Of a DNA stretch of 64,000 nt, positions 1 to 11,660 are shown piece by piece. Each line of letters starts with the position of its first letter. Position 1 is the first letter of the stretch. The DNA comes from Octopus sinensis (Eukaryota): positions 158,782,001-158,846,000 of the forward strand of contig NC_043000.1 of NCBI RefSeq assembly GCF_006345805.1, read 5' to 3'. The notes under the pieces were generated by a model. It was not told where the DNA came from, did no database searches, and saw nothing but the letters and a program-made list of their open reading frames with translations. Position numbers and translations under genes: made by a program.

Positions 1-320
1 TTCGGGTTCAGTCCCACTGCATGGCATCTCGGGCAAATCTCTTCCACAAAACCTAGTGAGTGTATTTGGTAGACGAAAACTGAAAGAAGCCCGTCGTTTA
101 TAGATGTGTGTGTGTTTGTGTGTCTATGTTTGTTTCCCCACCATCGCTTGACAACCTATGCTGGTGTGTTTACGTCCCCGTAGCCCAGCAATTCGGCAAA
201 AGGGACCGATATAATAAGCTCTAGTCTTACAAAGAATGAGTCCAGGGGTCGATTTGTTCGACCAAAGGTGGTGCTTCAGCATGGCCGTAGTCAAATAACT
301 GAAACGAGTAGAAGAATAAA
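1..320 (+). mobile_element. tRNA-derived SINE, family S1 (5'-truncated by window edge)
   Basis: Starts with B-box-like GGGTTCAGTCCC and ends with the tail ...GGTGCTTCAGCATGGCCGTAGTCAAATAACTGAAACGAGTAGAAGAATA. Related copies at 5327-5710(-), 6249-6376(-), 20407-20850(+), 56490-56560(+) and 63490-63665(-). Confidence 0.8.
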
Positions 321-706
321 TGAATATTAATTCATAATATATATATATATTATATATATATATATAATATATATATAATTGTATATAATAGAAATATTAA
401 AATAACTAAGTCTCTCTAAAAGAGAACGCGGCAGCGTTCCCGGAAAATAATAGTTATCGCCATACTAATATGGCATTCTTATAAAAATAAGAAAAAAGCT
501 GTCCGCTTATTAGCTCCATGAGGCCATCGCCTTAAGTTAGCTATTTGATACACAAACTGTATCCATATAACCGCTGTTCTCTTTTAGAGAGACTTAGTTA
601 TTTTAATATTTCTATTATTGAAAACAAGTGGATGTATTCCACCGAAACTAGGTAAATAAAGCCATCGAACAGAGATTGTCGGAAGCGACACCTACTGGCT
701 GGCTAC

Positions 707-748
707 GCTGCATTGAAAAGGGGCAATACCCCGAAACGCGTCTGTAGC
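707..748 (+). ncRNA. Minimal type I hammerhead-like motif with variant core, in a PLE-like terminal module
   Basis: GCTGCA-TTGAAAA-GGGG(CAATA)CCCC-GAA-ACGCGT-C-TGTAGC. Stem I is 6 bp, stem II 4 bp, stem III is the palindrome ACGCGT, triplet GUC. The core deviates from CUGANGA at C3 and G8. Confidence 0.6.
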
Positions 749-913
749 TGCCGGTCAAGTAGTGTGGAGCGACTGACCTCCTTGTTCGAAGGTTATATGG
801 ATACAGTTTGTGTATCAAATAGCTAACTTAAGGCGATGGCCTCATGGAGCTAATAAGCGGACAGCTTTTTTCTCATTTTTATAAGAATGCCATATTAGTA
901 TGGCGATAACTAT

Positions 914-960
<47 letters not shown>

Positions 961-965
<5 letters not shown>

Positions 966-1462
966 CTGTAGTTGTGTGAGTGTCTGTCTCCTACGATTTA
1001 GATTCCTAACTCCTCCCACATTTTGCGGTGCAGTTCACCAAATTCGGTATCTTATAGTCGTGATTAATATCGAGCCCCTCTGGCTATTAGCGCGCGTCTA
1101 CGATGAGTCTACGATTTTAAAAATAATTTAGCATAATTTTTTATTCCATTTTAATGCATAATTTTCGTGTGTCGATGGCGGCGGAGTTGGCGTCCACGCT
1201 CAAACACCTGCACCTGTGTTTGCTTCTCCTCCTTCTTCCCTCCCTCGTGAAGCTGTGGGGAAGGGAGTTTAAGAAAATCAACGTCGTAATGCGTTGTCAA
1301 GGACACCAGCGTTCTTTTAGAACAACGACTTCATGGCTTGAAGACACCAAAACAGAAATGGCTAAGAAAAGCCGAATTGGCATCTATAAAGGAAGTAACT
1401 CTCTAAAAATGCTTATATAGTTATTCCCTTACAACCCGAGCAACGCCGGGCGATACTGCTAG
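961..1462 (+). mobile_element. Non-autonomous Helitron-like element
   Basis: 3' end has hairpin CCCGAGCAACGCCGGG (1435-1450) followed by CTAG|T (1459-1463). The 5' end is embedded in (TA)n. No real coding capacity. Confidence 0.75.
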
Positions 1463-1570
1463 TATATATATATATATTATATATGTATGTAGGTCCCGGT
1501 TGAATGGGGGTTAACCACAGTAAATAGGTACTCAATACATAGCAGAGTAAAATTAATTTATTATATAGGA

Positions 1571-1618
1571 GCTTCTACGGGACTAGAACTGTTCATTCAA
1601 GAGAAATCATCAGGAAGC
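1571..1618 (-). ncRNA. Type I hammerhead, damaged copy of 2374-2422
   Basis: Reverse complement reads GCTTC-CTGATGA-TTTCTCTTGAAT-GAAC-AG...CCGTA-GAAGC. It lacks A15.1 and carries one stem III change relative to the + copy. Confidence 0.55.
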
Positions 1619-1878
1619 TAGTTAACAAGAATTGTTTTGGCATTTATACATTAGGCAGGTTTAAAGGGGTGGTGGTGGGGGACTTTTTGGGGGTAGGCAT
1701 AGCGCAAAAATATCATACTTAGGGGAGTGGTCAAGGAGTCAGTGGTAAATTAGATAAAAGAATAAATAAAAGAATAAAAAAATAAATAGAAGAATAGAGT
1801 TTTAGGTAAATAAGGAGATTCTCACTTATACATATACACATATGTAGATATATACACACACACACAATACATACACAC

Positions 1879-1926
<48 letters not shown>

Positions 1927-2373
1927 ATATACCCACGCCCACACATACATATACACACAAATATATACATACACACACATACACATACACACATACACAC
2001 ACATATATACATACACACATGCACACACTGTCCATATATACCACAACACATATATATATATATATATATATTTTGTGTGTATATGTATGTGTGGGCGTGT
2101 GTGTATATATACATGTATATATATATATATATATTATATGTATATATATGTGTGTATGTATATGTGTGTGTGTGTGTATATATATATACATATGTGTATA
2201 TGTATAAGTGAGAATCTCCTTATTTACCTAAAACTCTATTCTTCTATTTATTTTTTTATTCTTTTATTTATTCTTTTATCTAATTTACCACTGACTCCTT
2301 GACCACTCCCCTAAGTATGATATTTTTGCGCTATGCCTACCCCAAAAAAGTCCCCCACCACTATCGTTAACTA

Positions 2374-2422
2374 GCTTCCTGATGATTTCTCTTGAATGAA
2401 ACAGTTCTAGTCCTGTAGAAGC
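2374..2422 (+). ncRNA. Type I hammerhead ribozyme motif
   Basis: GCTTC-CTGATGA-T TTC TCTT GAA T-GAA-ACAG(TTCTAGTC)CTGT-A-GAAGC. 5-bp stem I, intact core, weak stem II, 4-bp stem III with CTAG in the loop. Predicted cut after GUA (2417/2418). Confidence 0.75.
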
Positions 2423-2515
2423 TCCTTCTATATAATAAATAATTTTACTCTGCTATGTATTGAGTACCTTATTTACTGTGGTTAACCCCCAATTCAACCC
2501 GGACCTACATATATA

Positions 2516-2547
<32 letters not shown>

Positions 2548-2861
2548 CTAGCAGTATCGCCCGGCGTTGCTCGGGTTTGTAAGGGAAATAACTATATAAG
2601 CATTTTTAGAGAGTTACTTCCTTTATAGATGCCAATTCGGGCTTTCTTAGCCATTTCTGTTTTGGTGTCTTCAAGCCATGAAGTCGTTGTTCTAAAAGAA
2701 CGCTGGTGTCCTTGACAACGCATTACGACGTTGATTTTCTTAAACTCCCTTCCCCACAGCTTCACGAGGGAGGGAAGAAGGAGGAGCAAACACAGGTGCA
2801 GGTGTTTGAGCGTGGACGCCAACTCCGCCGCCATCGACACACGAAAAATTATGCATTAAAA
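2548..2861 (-). mobile_element. Non-autonomous Helitron-like element, 5'-truncated inverted copy of 961-1462
   Basis: Begins CTAGCAGTATCGCCCGGCGTTGCTCGGG, the reverse complement of the 3' terminus. ORFs 1154-1420(+) and 2592-2840(-) are near-identical. Confidence 0.75.
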
Positions 2862-2963
2862 TATACTTACATTGATCTCTCTCTCGAAAATAAACAAAAG
2901 ACGAAGGCAGGTGGTGTACAAACAAACAAATGTATTAGTATAGCGCTCAGGAATAGAAAACGT

Positions 2964-2999
2964 CTTTTACGTTTCGAGCCTCCGCTCTTCGACAGAAAG
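2964..2999 (-). ncRNA. Hammerhead-like motif, variant family (GAGC/GCTC stem II, ACGT stem III)
   Basis: Same module as 50754-50789(-) and 51267-51302(+). Reverse complement CTTT-CTGTCGAA-GAGC GGAG GCTC-GAA-ACGT-A-AAAG. Confidence 0.45.
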
Positions 3000-4255
3000 A
3001 TACACAGAAAAAAACAAGGAGAGAACAAAAGGAGAGAAAAAATGTATGTAGTAGCTATCGATCTCTCATGACGTCTGACATCGGACAGAATGGTCAGCCG
3101 CGAGAGGGTCAGTAGGGGAGATAGCAGAGTCAAGTGACTCCCAATACGAAGAGGACCCCAACACTAAGGTGCGTGTGTGTATAAGAGAGTATGTATGTGC
3201 GACACTTCCAATCTCTTTTCCTCCCCACTCTTGCTTCCTCTCTCTTCCTTTCTCTATTCTTTTTATCTCCTCTTCTCTCCCACACTCTTCCGCCTTTGCT
3301 CGCACGTGACCGTCAGCCATTTTCCCTCTTCTGACTTGAATTTCCTTCTCTCTTATCAGCTACAGAGATGGGACGCATTTTTGTCTGTCTCCTCCCGGTG
3401 CTTGTTTCTCCGCGTACACCAACTCAACACGTCTAGGCTTAGCAGCCCTTAGTGCCTGTTTTCACTGTCTTGTTTTGTTACCAGCTTTGACCCTACTCAA
3501 AATCCCAAATTTCATCTAATTTGCTTTGCGGGAGCAACTATTATGTCGAAAATGTATAGTGTTGTGAAATACGCGAAATACAAAGTAGAAAAACAGCCAA
3601 CTGATAAAGGGTGGTTTTTTTTTAATGTTACTTGTCTTGTTTTCCATTTGTTTCTTTCGTTGTTCGCAAAATAAGTTCGTATCCCATGTTTTCGTTTTGC
3701 GAATTTCATGTTGTTTACGTTCCGTGGTGTCCTGTGCCCATATGTGCATGTATATACAAATATATGTATGTACATATTTATGCGTTTGTATGCATGCATA
3801 TTTATATGTTATTTATATTATTTATATTATATTATTTGACTGCATTTGACTGCAGCCAAGCCTACAACGCATTGGAGAATTTAGCTGAAAATTTTATTTG
3901 AAACCAGAACCATATACTTTTGAAACAAACCTCTTACAACAGTCACACCAGTGCCTATATATATATAAAACTAGTTTTTGATATACTCTTATAGGAAATA
4001 TAATTCATTCTTTCAAACAAAATATGAACACATCAAACAACTCTACTGTCACCCAACATTATGTAAAAAATTCGTTCATGTATATATATATGTATCACGT
4101 AAATATTAAATATAATATGTAAATATTCAGGAAATGTCCACTCCTGTTTATACATAATACTTGTATATGTATGTGTGACTGTATGTATATATGGATCTGT
4201 GTGTGTGTATTTATATATATATATATATATATATAAATACACACACACATATATA

Positions 4256-4295
<40 letters not shown>

Positions 4296-4351
4296 GTGTG
4301 TGTAAGGGTGTGTATTTCTTTCTCTCTCTCTCTCGCTTTCTCTGTATATAT

Positions 4352-4399
<48 letters not shown>

Positions 4400-5004
4400 G
4401 TGTGTGTGTGTGTGTGTGTGTATCTGTATATATACATACATACGTACAACATATATGTGTTTGTGTTTATGCGCGTGTGTTTGTCCGTAAGCGCCATACA
4501 AAAAGTGCGCAGCAATATTTAAATACTTGTTTAGATATGTTATAGCATGATTTTTCTGGAATTAATTCTGTGGGCTGTGTCCAGTTGGCAGCAGTTAAGT
4601 TTTGTTCATGTTTAGGTTCTAATATTATACATTATTCATCAATTTCAATTGAGTAATGTGTTAAGTATAAAGGAAGGGAGAGAGCCAAATATATAGACGT
4701 GTTCTGATTTACGTACATAGTTAACTATTGCGCTAAGGAAGTGGATAGTTAATTTGAGAGAAGTGAATAAATAAATGGTTAATTTATAGATTGAAGGAGA
4801 GCTTATTATATAACACACAATCTTGTTGATCGATTGGCTGACAGGTATATAGATGGGTTGAATGCTACGTAAATAGATAATTGATAGGTTGACTGATATG
4901 GATAGACAGATGGATTGTTAGATAAACAGATTCATTAATAGATGGATAGATGACAAGATATGTGTGTGTATACATATATATATATATATTATATATGTGT
5001 GTGT

Positions 5005-5304
5005 GGAGGCGCAATGGCCCAGTGGTTAGGGCAGCGTATTCGCGGTTGCAGGATCGCAGTTTCGATTCCTAGACCGGGTGTTCGGAGTGTTTATTGAGCG
5101 AAAACACCTTAAGTTCCACGAGACTCCGGCAGCGATCCCTGCTGTACTCTTTCGCCACAACTTTCTCTCACTCTTTCTTCTGTTGGCCTGCTCGCTTAGC
5201 CAGCGGTGTGGCGTCATTTGAAGGCTAAAACAATGCAAAGCGCATTGTGACCAGCGATGTGTAGCAACATCTGATAGCCTGGTCGATCACGGTGATCACG
5301 GTGA
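5005..5304 (+). mobile_element. tRNA-derived SINE, family S2
   Basis: A-box TGGCCCAGTGG, B-box GTTTCGATTCC, tail GATCACGGTGATCACGGTGA. Second copy at 6463-6831. Confidence 0.8.
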
Positions 5305-5326
5305 AGGTGATATATATATATATATA

Positions 5327-5710
5327 CTCTTTACTCTTTTACTTGTTTCAGTCATTTTGACTGCGACCATGGTGGAGCACCGCCTTTAGTCGAGCAAATC
5401 GACCCCAGGACTTATTCTTTGTAAGCCCAATACTTATTCTATCGGTCTCTTTTGCCGAACCGCTAGGTGATGGGGACGTAAACACGCCAGCATCGGTTGT
5501 CAAGCAATGCTAGGGGGACAAACATACATACATATATATATATACATATATACGACAGGCTTCTTTTAGTTTCCGTCTACCAAATCCACTCACAAGGCTT
5601 TGGTCGGCCCGGGGCTATAGAAGAAGACACTTGCCCAAGATGCCACGCAGTGGGACTGAACCCGGAACCATGTGGTTGGTTAGCAAGCTACTTACCATAC
5701 AGCCACTCCT
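5327..5710 (-). mobile_element. tRNA-derived SINE, family S1, near full length
   Basis: tRNA-like head at 5640-5710, internal microsatellite, and (TAAAAGAG)-type tail at 5327. Confidence 0.85.
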
Positions 5711-5774
5711 ACATATATATATATATATATATAATATATATATATATATATTTAATTTTATTTTATAGAAGGAT

Positions 5775-5816
5775 CTTCTACAGGACTAGAACTGTTTCAT
5801 TCAAATGAAATCATCA
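5775..5816 (-). ncRNA. Hammerhead fragment (family of 2374-2422) truncated at the core by (TA)n
   Basis: Reverse complement TGATGA-TTTCATTTGAAT-GAA-ACAG TTCTAGTC CTGT-A-GAAG. The C3 and the stem I 5' strand are replaced by TA repeat. Confidence 0.6.
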
Positions 5817-6383
5817 TATATATATATATATGCGTGTGTCTGTGTGTGTAGTAAAATACGGATTGAGATAGAGTTAGGTGCTTGAAAAGATATGCACAAG
5901 GTAGAGTTGAATAAACCTTAGGTTCCGGCCCGCGGTTGGTACGTGTTAAATAAGATATTCTGGTTGTGTACACAGAGAAAATGAAACCTTAGTGCTTAGC
6001 GCGTGTCCGACAGTAGTAAATTCCCTTTGTATATTATAATCAAACGGATAATGAGTTGTAATGAGCTGGCAATCATCAATCGTTTATCATTATTTAATGG
6101 TGTATGTATATATAAGAAGGAAGATGATCACAAAATCTGTTTCATGTTCCCGTTCGTCAGACAGTTTTGTTTATCATATTAATCTACCTCAGGTATTCGA
6201 GTACTATCTTTCCACCTTGTTTCGCATTTATGTGATTACCCTGGTATACTCTTTTACTCTTTTACGTGTTTCAGCAATTTGACTGCGGCCATGTTGGAGC
6301 ACCACTTTTAGTCGTGGAAATCGAACGCAGGACTTATTCTTTGTAAACCTAGTACTTATATCGATCTCTTTTTGCGCCTATGT

Positions 6384-6428
<45 letters not shown>

Positions 6429-6462
6429 GTGTGTGCGCGCGTGCGTGTGCGTGTATGTGTGT

Positions 6463-6831
6463 GGAGGCGCAATGGTCCGCTGGTTAGGGCAGTGGACTCG
6501 AGGTTGTAGAATCGCGGTTTCGATTCCTAGACCGGGCGTTGTGAGTGTTTATTGAGCGAAAACACCTAAAGCTCCACGGGGCTCCGGCAGGGAGATGGGG
6601 GGGGCTGTTGTACTCTTTCGCCACAAATTTCTCTCACTCTTTCTTCTGTTGGCCTGCTCCCTTAGCCAGCGGGGTGGCGTCATTTGAAGTTAGTGAACTG
6701 GAGTAATGTGAAATATAGTGTCTTGCTGAAGGATATTACATACTACCAGGAATCTCGTTCAACAAAAAACTACGAGATGGATTTGAAGGCTAAACGACCT
6801 CTGATAGCCTCGTTGGTCACGGTGATCACGT
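6463..6831 (+). mobile_element. SINE family S2 carrying a 99-bp templated insertion
   Basis: Colinear with 5005-5304 except 6690-6788, which copies 7520-7615. Confidence 0.8.
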
Positions 6832-9399
6832 GGATATATAATATCTAGCCGAACATGTGCAAGTCTCTTCCTTTCTGCTATACACTCGAAGCTTTAGTTT
6901 CTCTGTAAAACCAGTGCCGTTTCACATTCTGTCTGGTCGGGATCTTGCACTAATCGATCGTACAGTCAGTGGTTCAGAGTAAGTTATCAGCTGTAATTTA
7001 AGTTGCATGCACACCGCACCACAGTTACGTTCCTTTACTCAACAGGTTTCGCCATTCTATGTAAAGTCCCAGTCAATAAAAACTTATAATGCTGACCCCC
7101 ACCTTTAGTATTAAATCCCCACTTCAGCAATTGCTCCGTATAGTTATTCTTAAACTTACTACATAATAAAAACATACATTTCATATATACATATTTGCGC
7201 GCGTGAACATACACACACATATGTATATATATATACATGCACACACGTATTGATGGATAGGCAGATAATTATATAGATAGACAGGCAGGTGGACAGATAG
7301 ATGGACGGGTAGATATAGCATAAAATTCTAGATATGTGAAAATTGACTTTCTTCCCTAGTATATTTACAAGAGTGAAATTAATAACGTCATATATATTTC
7401 GCATGAGACATTTGAAATTTTCTCTGATGTGAAGACAGGTTAGTGGTTATTCTTGCATGACATAGAATGCAACAAAGCTGGTCCTTTAAAATACAGCTAC
7501 AACTCATTGTTGCCAGCTGAGTGAACTGGAGTAATGTGAAATATAGTGTCTTGTTGAAGGATATTACATACTACCAGGAATCTCGTTCAACAAAAAACTA
7601 CGAGATGGATTTGAAATTTAAAAGCAAACATTTTGCATGTTATGAATGAGTACGCAGAGATCCAAATGGTTTATCTGAAGAAGGTCAAAATGTTATACGA
7701 TATTGTTAAGATTTCAGATGGAAAGCTGAGGTGACTTAAAGATGAAAAAGGCTACTCAAAGTGCTCCTTCTCTATGTGCTTGGGAACAGTTAGTCGGCAA
7801 GATTGGCTCGCTCATCATGATTAGAGACTAGACAATAAAATCATTCAATATGTATTTAGTTTCACCTGAGCTAATCGTGTTTCATATATAATTAGAATTA
7901 GCAAACGCTGTGTCTCATACATAGTTGAGCATAATACATATTTAGAATTAGCAGAAGTAGCTACAACATAATGGAGGTTTGTAATTTGTTTGGCTGTGTG
8001 CTAAGTGATAAATTCAAATCATTGATGCAAGTATCTATAAAGATAATTGTCCTGTTGTACATATCTTAGTACAAGTTATTTTTGATAGTTAAAATCTTAG
8101 TATTATTTTGATGGATTTCGATCTTAAGATCTTAGTTACTATCAATACAAGCAAAGTTAATTTCCGATATATGATTCTCAGCTCAGGTACCGGAAAATAC
8201 CAACTCAAATCTGAATGAGAATCCATTGCATACACATATGCTCTCCAGCAATCAACTCTACCAATATAATATCTCATTGACAAGGTATTTTAGATATTTT
8301 CCAACCTATAATGCAAAATCGAATATATCTTAAGATAGGCAAATTTAACAAAAGAGCCATTTATCTCAAAACGCCTTAAGAAGAAGGGAAATTGAAGACA
8401 AGATAGCTTTCATTTCGAAGCGCAAATAACCGAAGAGGAAGAACGAGGAAGCAAATTATAATCTAGTTCAGGCAACTGTTCACTGTGTGTGTGTGTGTGT
8501 GCGTGTGTGTGTGCGTGTGTGTGTGCGTGTGTGTGTGTGTGTGCGTGTGTGTGTGTGTGTGTGCATCTGTGTGTGTTTGTGTGAACTTCCTTATATGTAG
8601 ATAAGGGATTTCAAATTAATAGAAAGTATGTTGAAGCCAGTCACAAAGACGTGATCTATTTAATAAAAACTGATCCCCTACATAAATAATGACGCTAAGA
8701 GGTTTGAACAAAAACGTCGATAGAACGAAGGAAACTCCTAACTAAATCATATCGCCTAAAGAGAGAAAATTACATTCCAAAAGGTTATCAGGAAAGATGA
8801 AAGTCTTTAACTCAGGATGAAACCCGCTTCCTCACTCATACATCACTCTTTAGTTATCAGGAAATACGAAGTCTCTGCTTTAACAAGAAACGCATAACTT
8901 TCACCAATGTACAAGCATCTAATTTCCGACTTGCAAAAACAAATGAACAACAAAAATTGTATTTCTACTTCGAGTGTCACTAGTTACCAGGTTGTTTCTA
9001 TTTTTACCCGATTTTAAAATGTATGAAATACTTGAACAAAAATGTAAAACTAAAATGAGGGAAAGACAAAATTCATTTGCATTTAGAGTGTTATGGAAGT
9101 TAATAATATCCTCTAATTATGCAATGATAGTTATTTGGGCAATTAACGGCCTGCTAGCTATTTGAGGAAAGCATCTATTATGATTAATACCAACTGACTT
9201 TACAAACATAACAAGAAGTTCATTATTTTTGTCTTCCTATCACATAGTCGAAAATCTTCATTTCTATTTTAACCCTTTTAAAAACAAAACCTATATTTTT
9301 TGTACGCATCTTTAGTAATACATATTGCGTTTTCCCTGCATAGCTTGCAAGTCGAATTGAAAAATATCCTTGTCTACACTAAGTACAACGTCGAAATTT

Positions 9400-9579
9400 T
9401 GGGGGAAGGGGCCAGTCGATTAGATCGATCCCAGTACATAACTGGTATTTAATTCATCGACCCCGAAAGGATGAACGGCAAAGTCGACCTCGGCGAAATT
9501 TGAACTCAGAACGTAAAGACAGACAAAATACCGCCAAGCATTTCGCCCGACTTGCTAATATTTCTGCCAACTCGCCGCC
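9400..9579 (-). mobile_element. SINE family S3
   Basis: Reverse-complement match to 60649-60882 (GGCGGCGAG(C/T)TGGCAGAA...GAGTTCAAATT(C/T)CGCCGAGGTCGAC). Other copies at 19665-19770(+) and 31741-31863(-). Confidence 0.8.
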
Positions 9580-10309
9580 TTAGAATTGAAAAATGTCGAG
9601 ATAAAATTGATAATGTGCAGAACCTTGACCATTTCAACAGGCATGAAGAAATAGAAGGAAATTTTACAGATAACGTATCATACGAGATGCACCGAAGTGT
9701 TATAATTACTAATGATTTTTTAGTACTGATTTAAAATTTTGTTTTTCTTTTTTTATCAAATACTGAGTAAATATTGGGAACAATACAATATAATTACTCA
9801 AAATTGCGAAATGCTCTACAAATCTAATTACTGAGACTGAAGTGAACTCATATACAAGTTCTTATTGTTCCTTCGTCCCAGTTAAACACTAAACTGGTTG
9901 ACCTCTGATCAAAACATTCAATAGGTGATCATTCTTTCATTTAACTTTAAGACAAGACAAACAAAAATTAACAATTTAGATAACACTGCATGGCAAAATG
10001 AAAAAAACATTTCTTTACGAAGCGAATGGTATGGTTTTGTTATGATTTTCGACAATTTTATGATCTTCTCTCTGAATATAAGGTCTGTTTTGTCCCATGA
10101 CACCTTGATCTTCAAGATGAAAAAATTTACTAAATTTACAGAAATGTAACGTAGCATGCAAAAGTTAAAGTGTTTGTGTTTGGCTTCTAAGAATGCCTTT
10201 GTTGCTTTAGTGACAGCGTATTATTAGAGAGAGCTGTATAACTATATATTTTACAACGTTGATTTCAATAAGCGTTTCGGATGTTATTGTGACTTGGATT
10301 ATCACACAC

Positions 10310-11176
10310 ATCACTTTTGCTACATCTGTGGGGAATATGCTTTCAAAGACTGAACGAGAAACATCACGCCACTCATACAAGCAAGATACAAGGATTATTT
10401 CAAAATTCAATTTGGAGGAAAAGATAAATGTTTTACTACACATATTGTGTGGCCAAATCAATAGCATGGCGAGAACAAAGGCAGTTTTCTACTGAGTGCT
10501 ACTTTTGCACTACTAATTTTGGGGGAATTTAATATGAAAACTGCAAAGTATATCAATTATTTTAGTTATCCACCTATTATAACACCACAGCAATACGGAA
10601 ATGAAATTCCTCCTGTGTCAAACAATCAACTGTTGAGTGTGTCAAATGATGATTCTGATGAAGAATCTTGGTGTAATGAACAAGCTTATGACAAGGGTTT
10701 TGCCAATCCTTATTCATGCTCAAAAATAAGTCAAGAACAACTGGATCATTTTGTTCTAAATTTGGGACTTTCCTAGAATGATGCTTACTTAGCTTGTAAA
10801 TATCACTGAGTGATATTTGTTGATTTTTTGACACACACGATGAACTGGATTTGTTTTAATGCTGAAACATAACTCGTTTGACGATGACACTGGGAATTTC
10901 CAGTTTAAATGTAAAACTTTTGATGTTGGGAACAAGTACCCAGAGACTCCAGTAGGTTATTCGAAGAATCAACATGTTACTTTCCTTTCCTTTCATAGAT
11001 TTTTAACTGGAATGCCAAAGGGCTACGCGAGGTATTCCTGTTTTATGTAACGGCAGAAAAGCTGAATTCGAAATGAGCACTGCAGTCGGCAAGATTGGCC
11101 AGTAGGTCATGAATGGAAACTGGAAAATAAAAGTGCTCAATACATACCCTGATTTCAGCTAAGCTAACTGTGTTAC

Positions 11177-11221
<45 letters not shown>

Positions 11222-11660
11222 TGGGAGTCTTCAAAGATTTTTGAAATAACTTGACGCTGAGTGGCAGGCAATCTATTTGATTAAAGATATCTTTTCTCGA
11301 TTAAGTGAAACAAAGATTTAAAAGAAAAAAACATGTTCGTGATGCTAATATAGATGTTCAGAAATTCATTTATTGAAGTTGAATGACGGGCTTAAGATGC
11401 TGTGTTAAACACAGTTGAAAACTTCCTAGGAAAGAAATCGGAGCCCAGCTGAACTATATTAACTGTATTCATTCGATGCACAGAGTATCAAAATGCTCTT
11501 CAGGCTTCATTATTTAAAGTTCTCGCCTTTCGACTTGGGAAAGATCAGTGATGATCACGATGAAAGATTTCATCAGCTGAACACTACCAATAAAATAAAA
11601 GAGGGCCGGTTCCTATATGATGGAAGGCTTTTGCTGTCTTCGCCTAGTACTCCATGCTAT
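10310..11660 (+). pseudogene. Decayed Chapaev3-like (CMC) DNA transposase with internal deletions
   Basis: Colinear frame-shifted motifs HFCYICGEY, YKDYFKIQFGGKDK..HIV, WREQRQFSTECYFC, SQEQLDHFVLNLGLS, GYARYSCF, FSRLSETKI and GKISDDHDERFHQ. These match the motif order I recall for Chapaev3 transposases. Many stops; interrupted by (TA)n at about 11180-11218. Confidence 0.7.
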
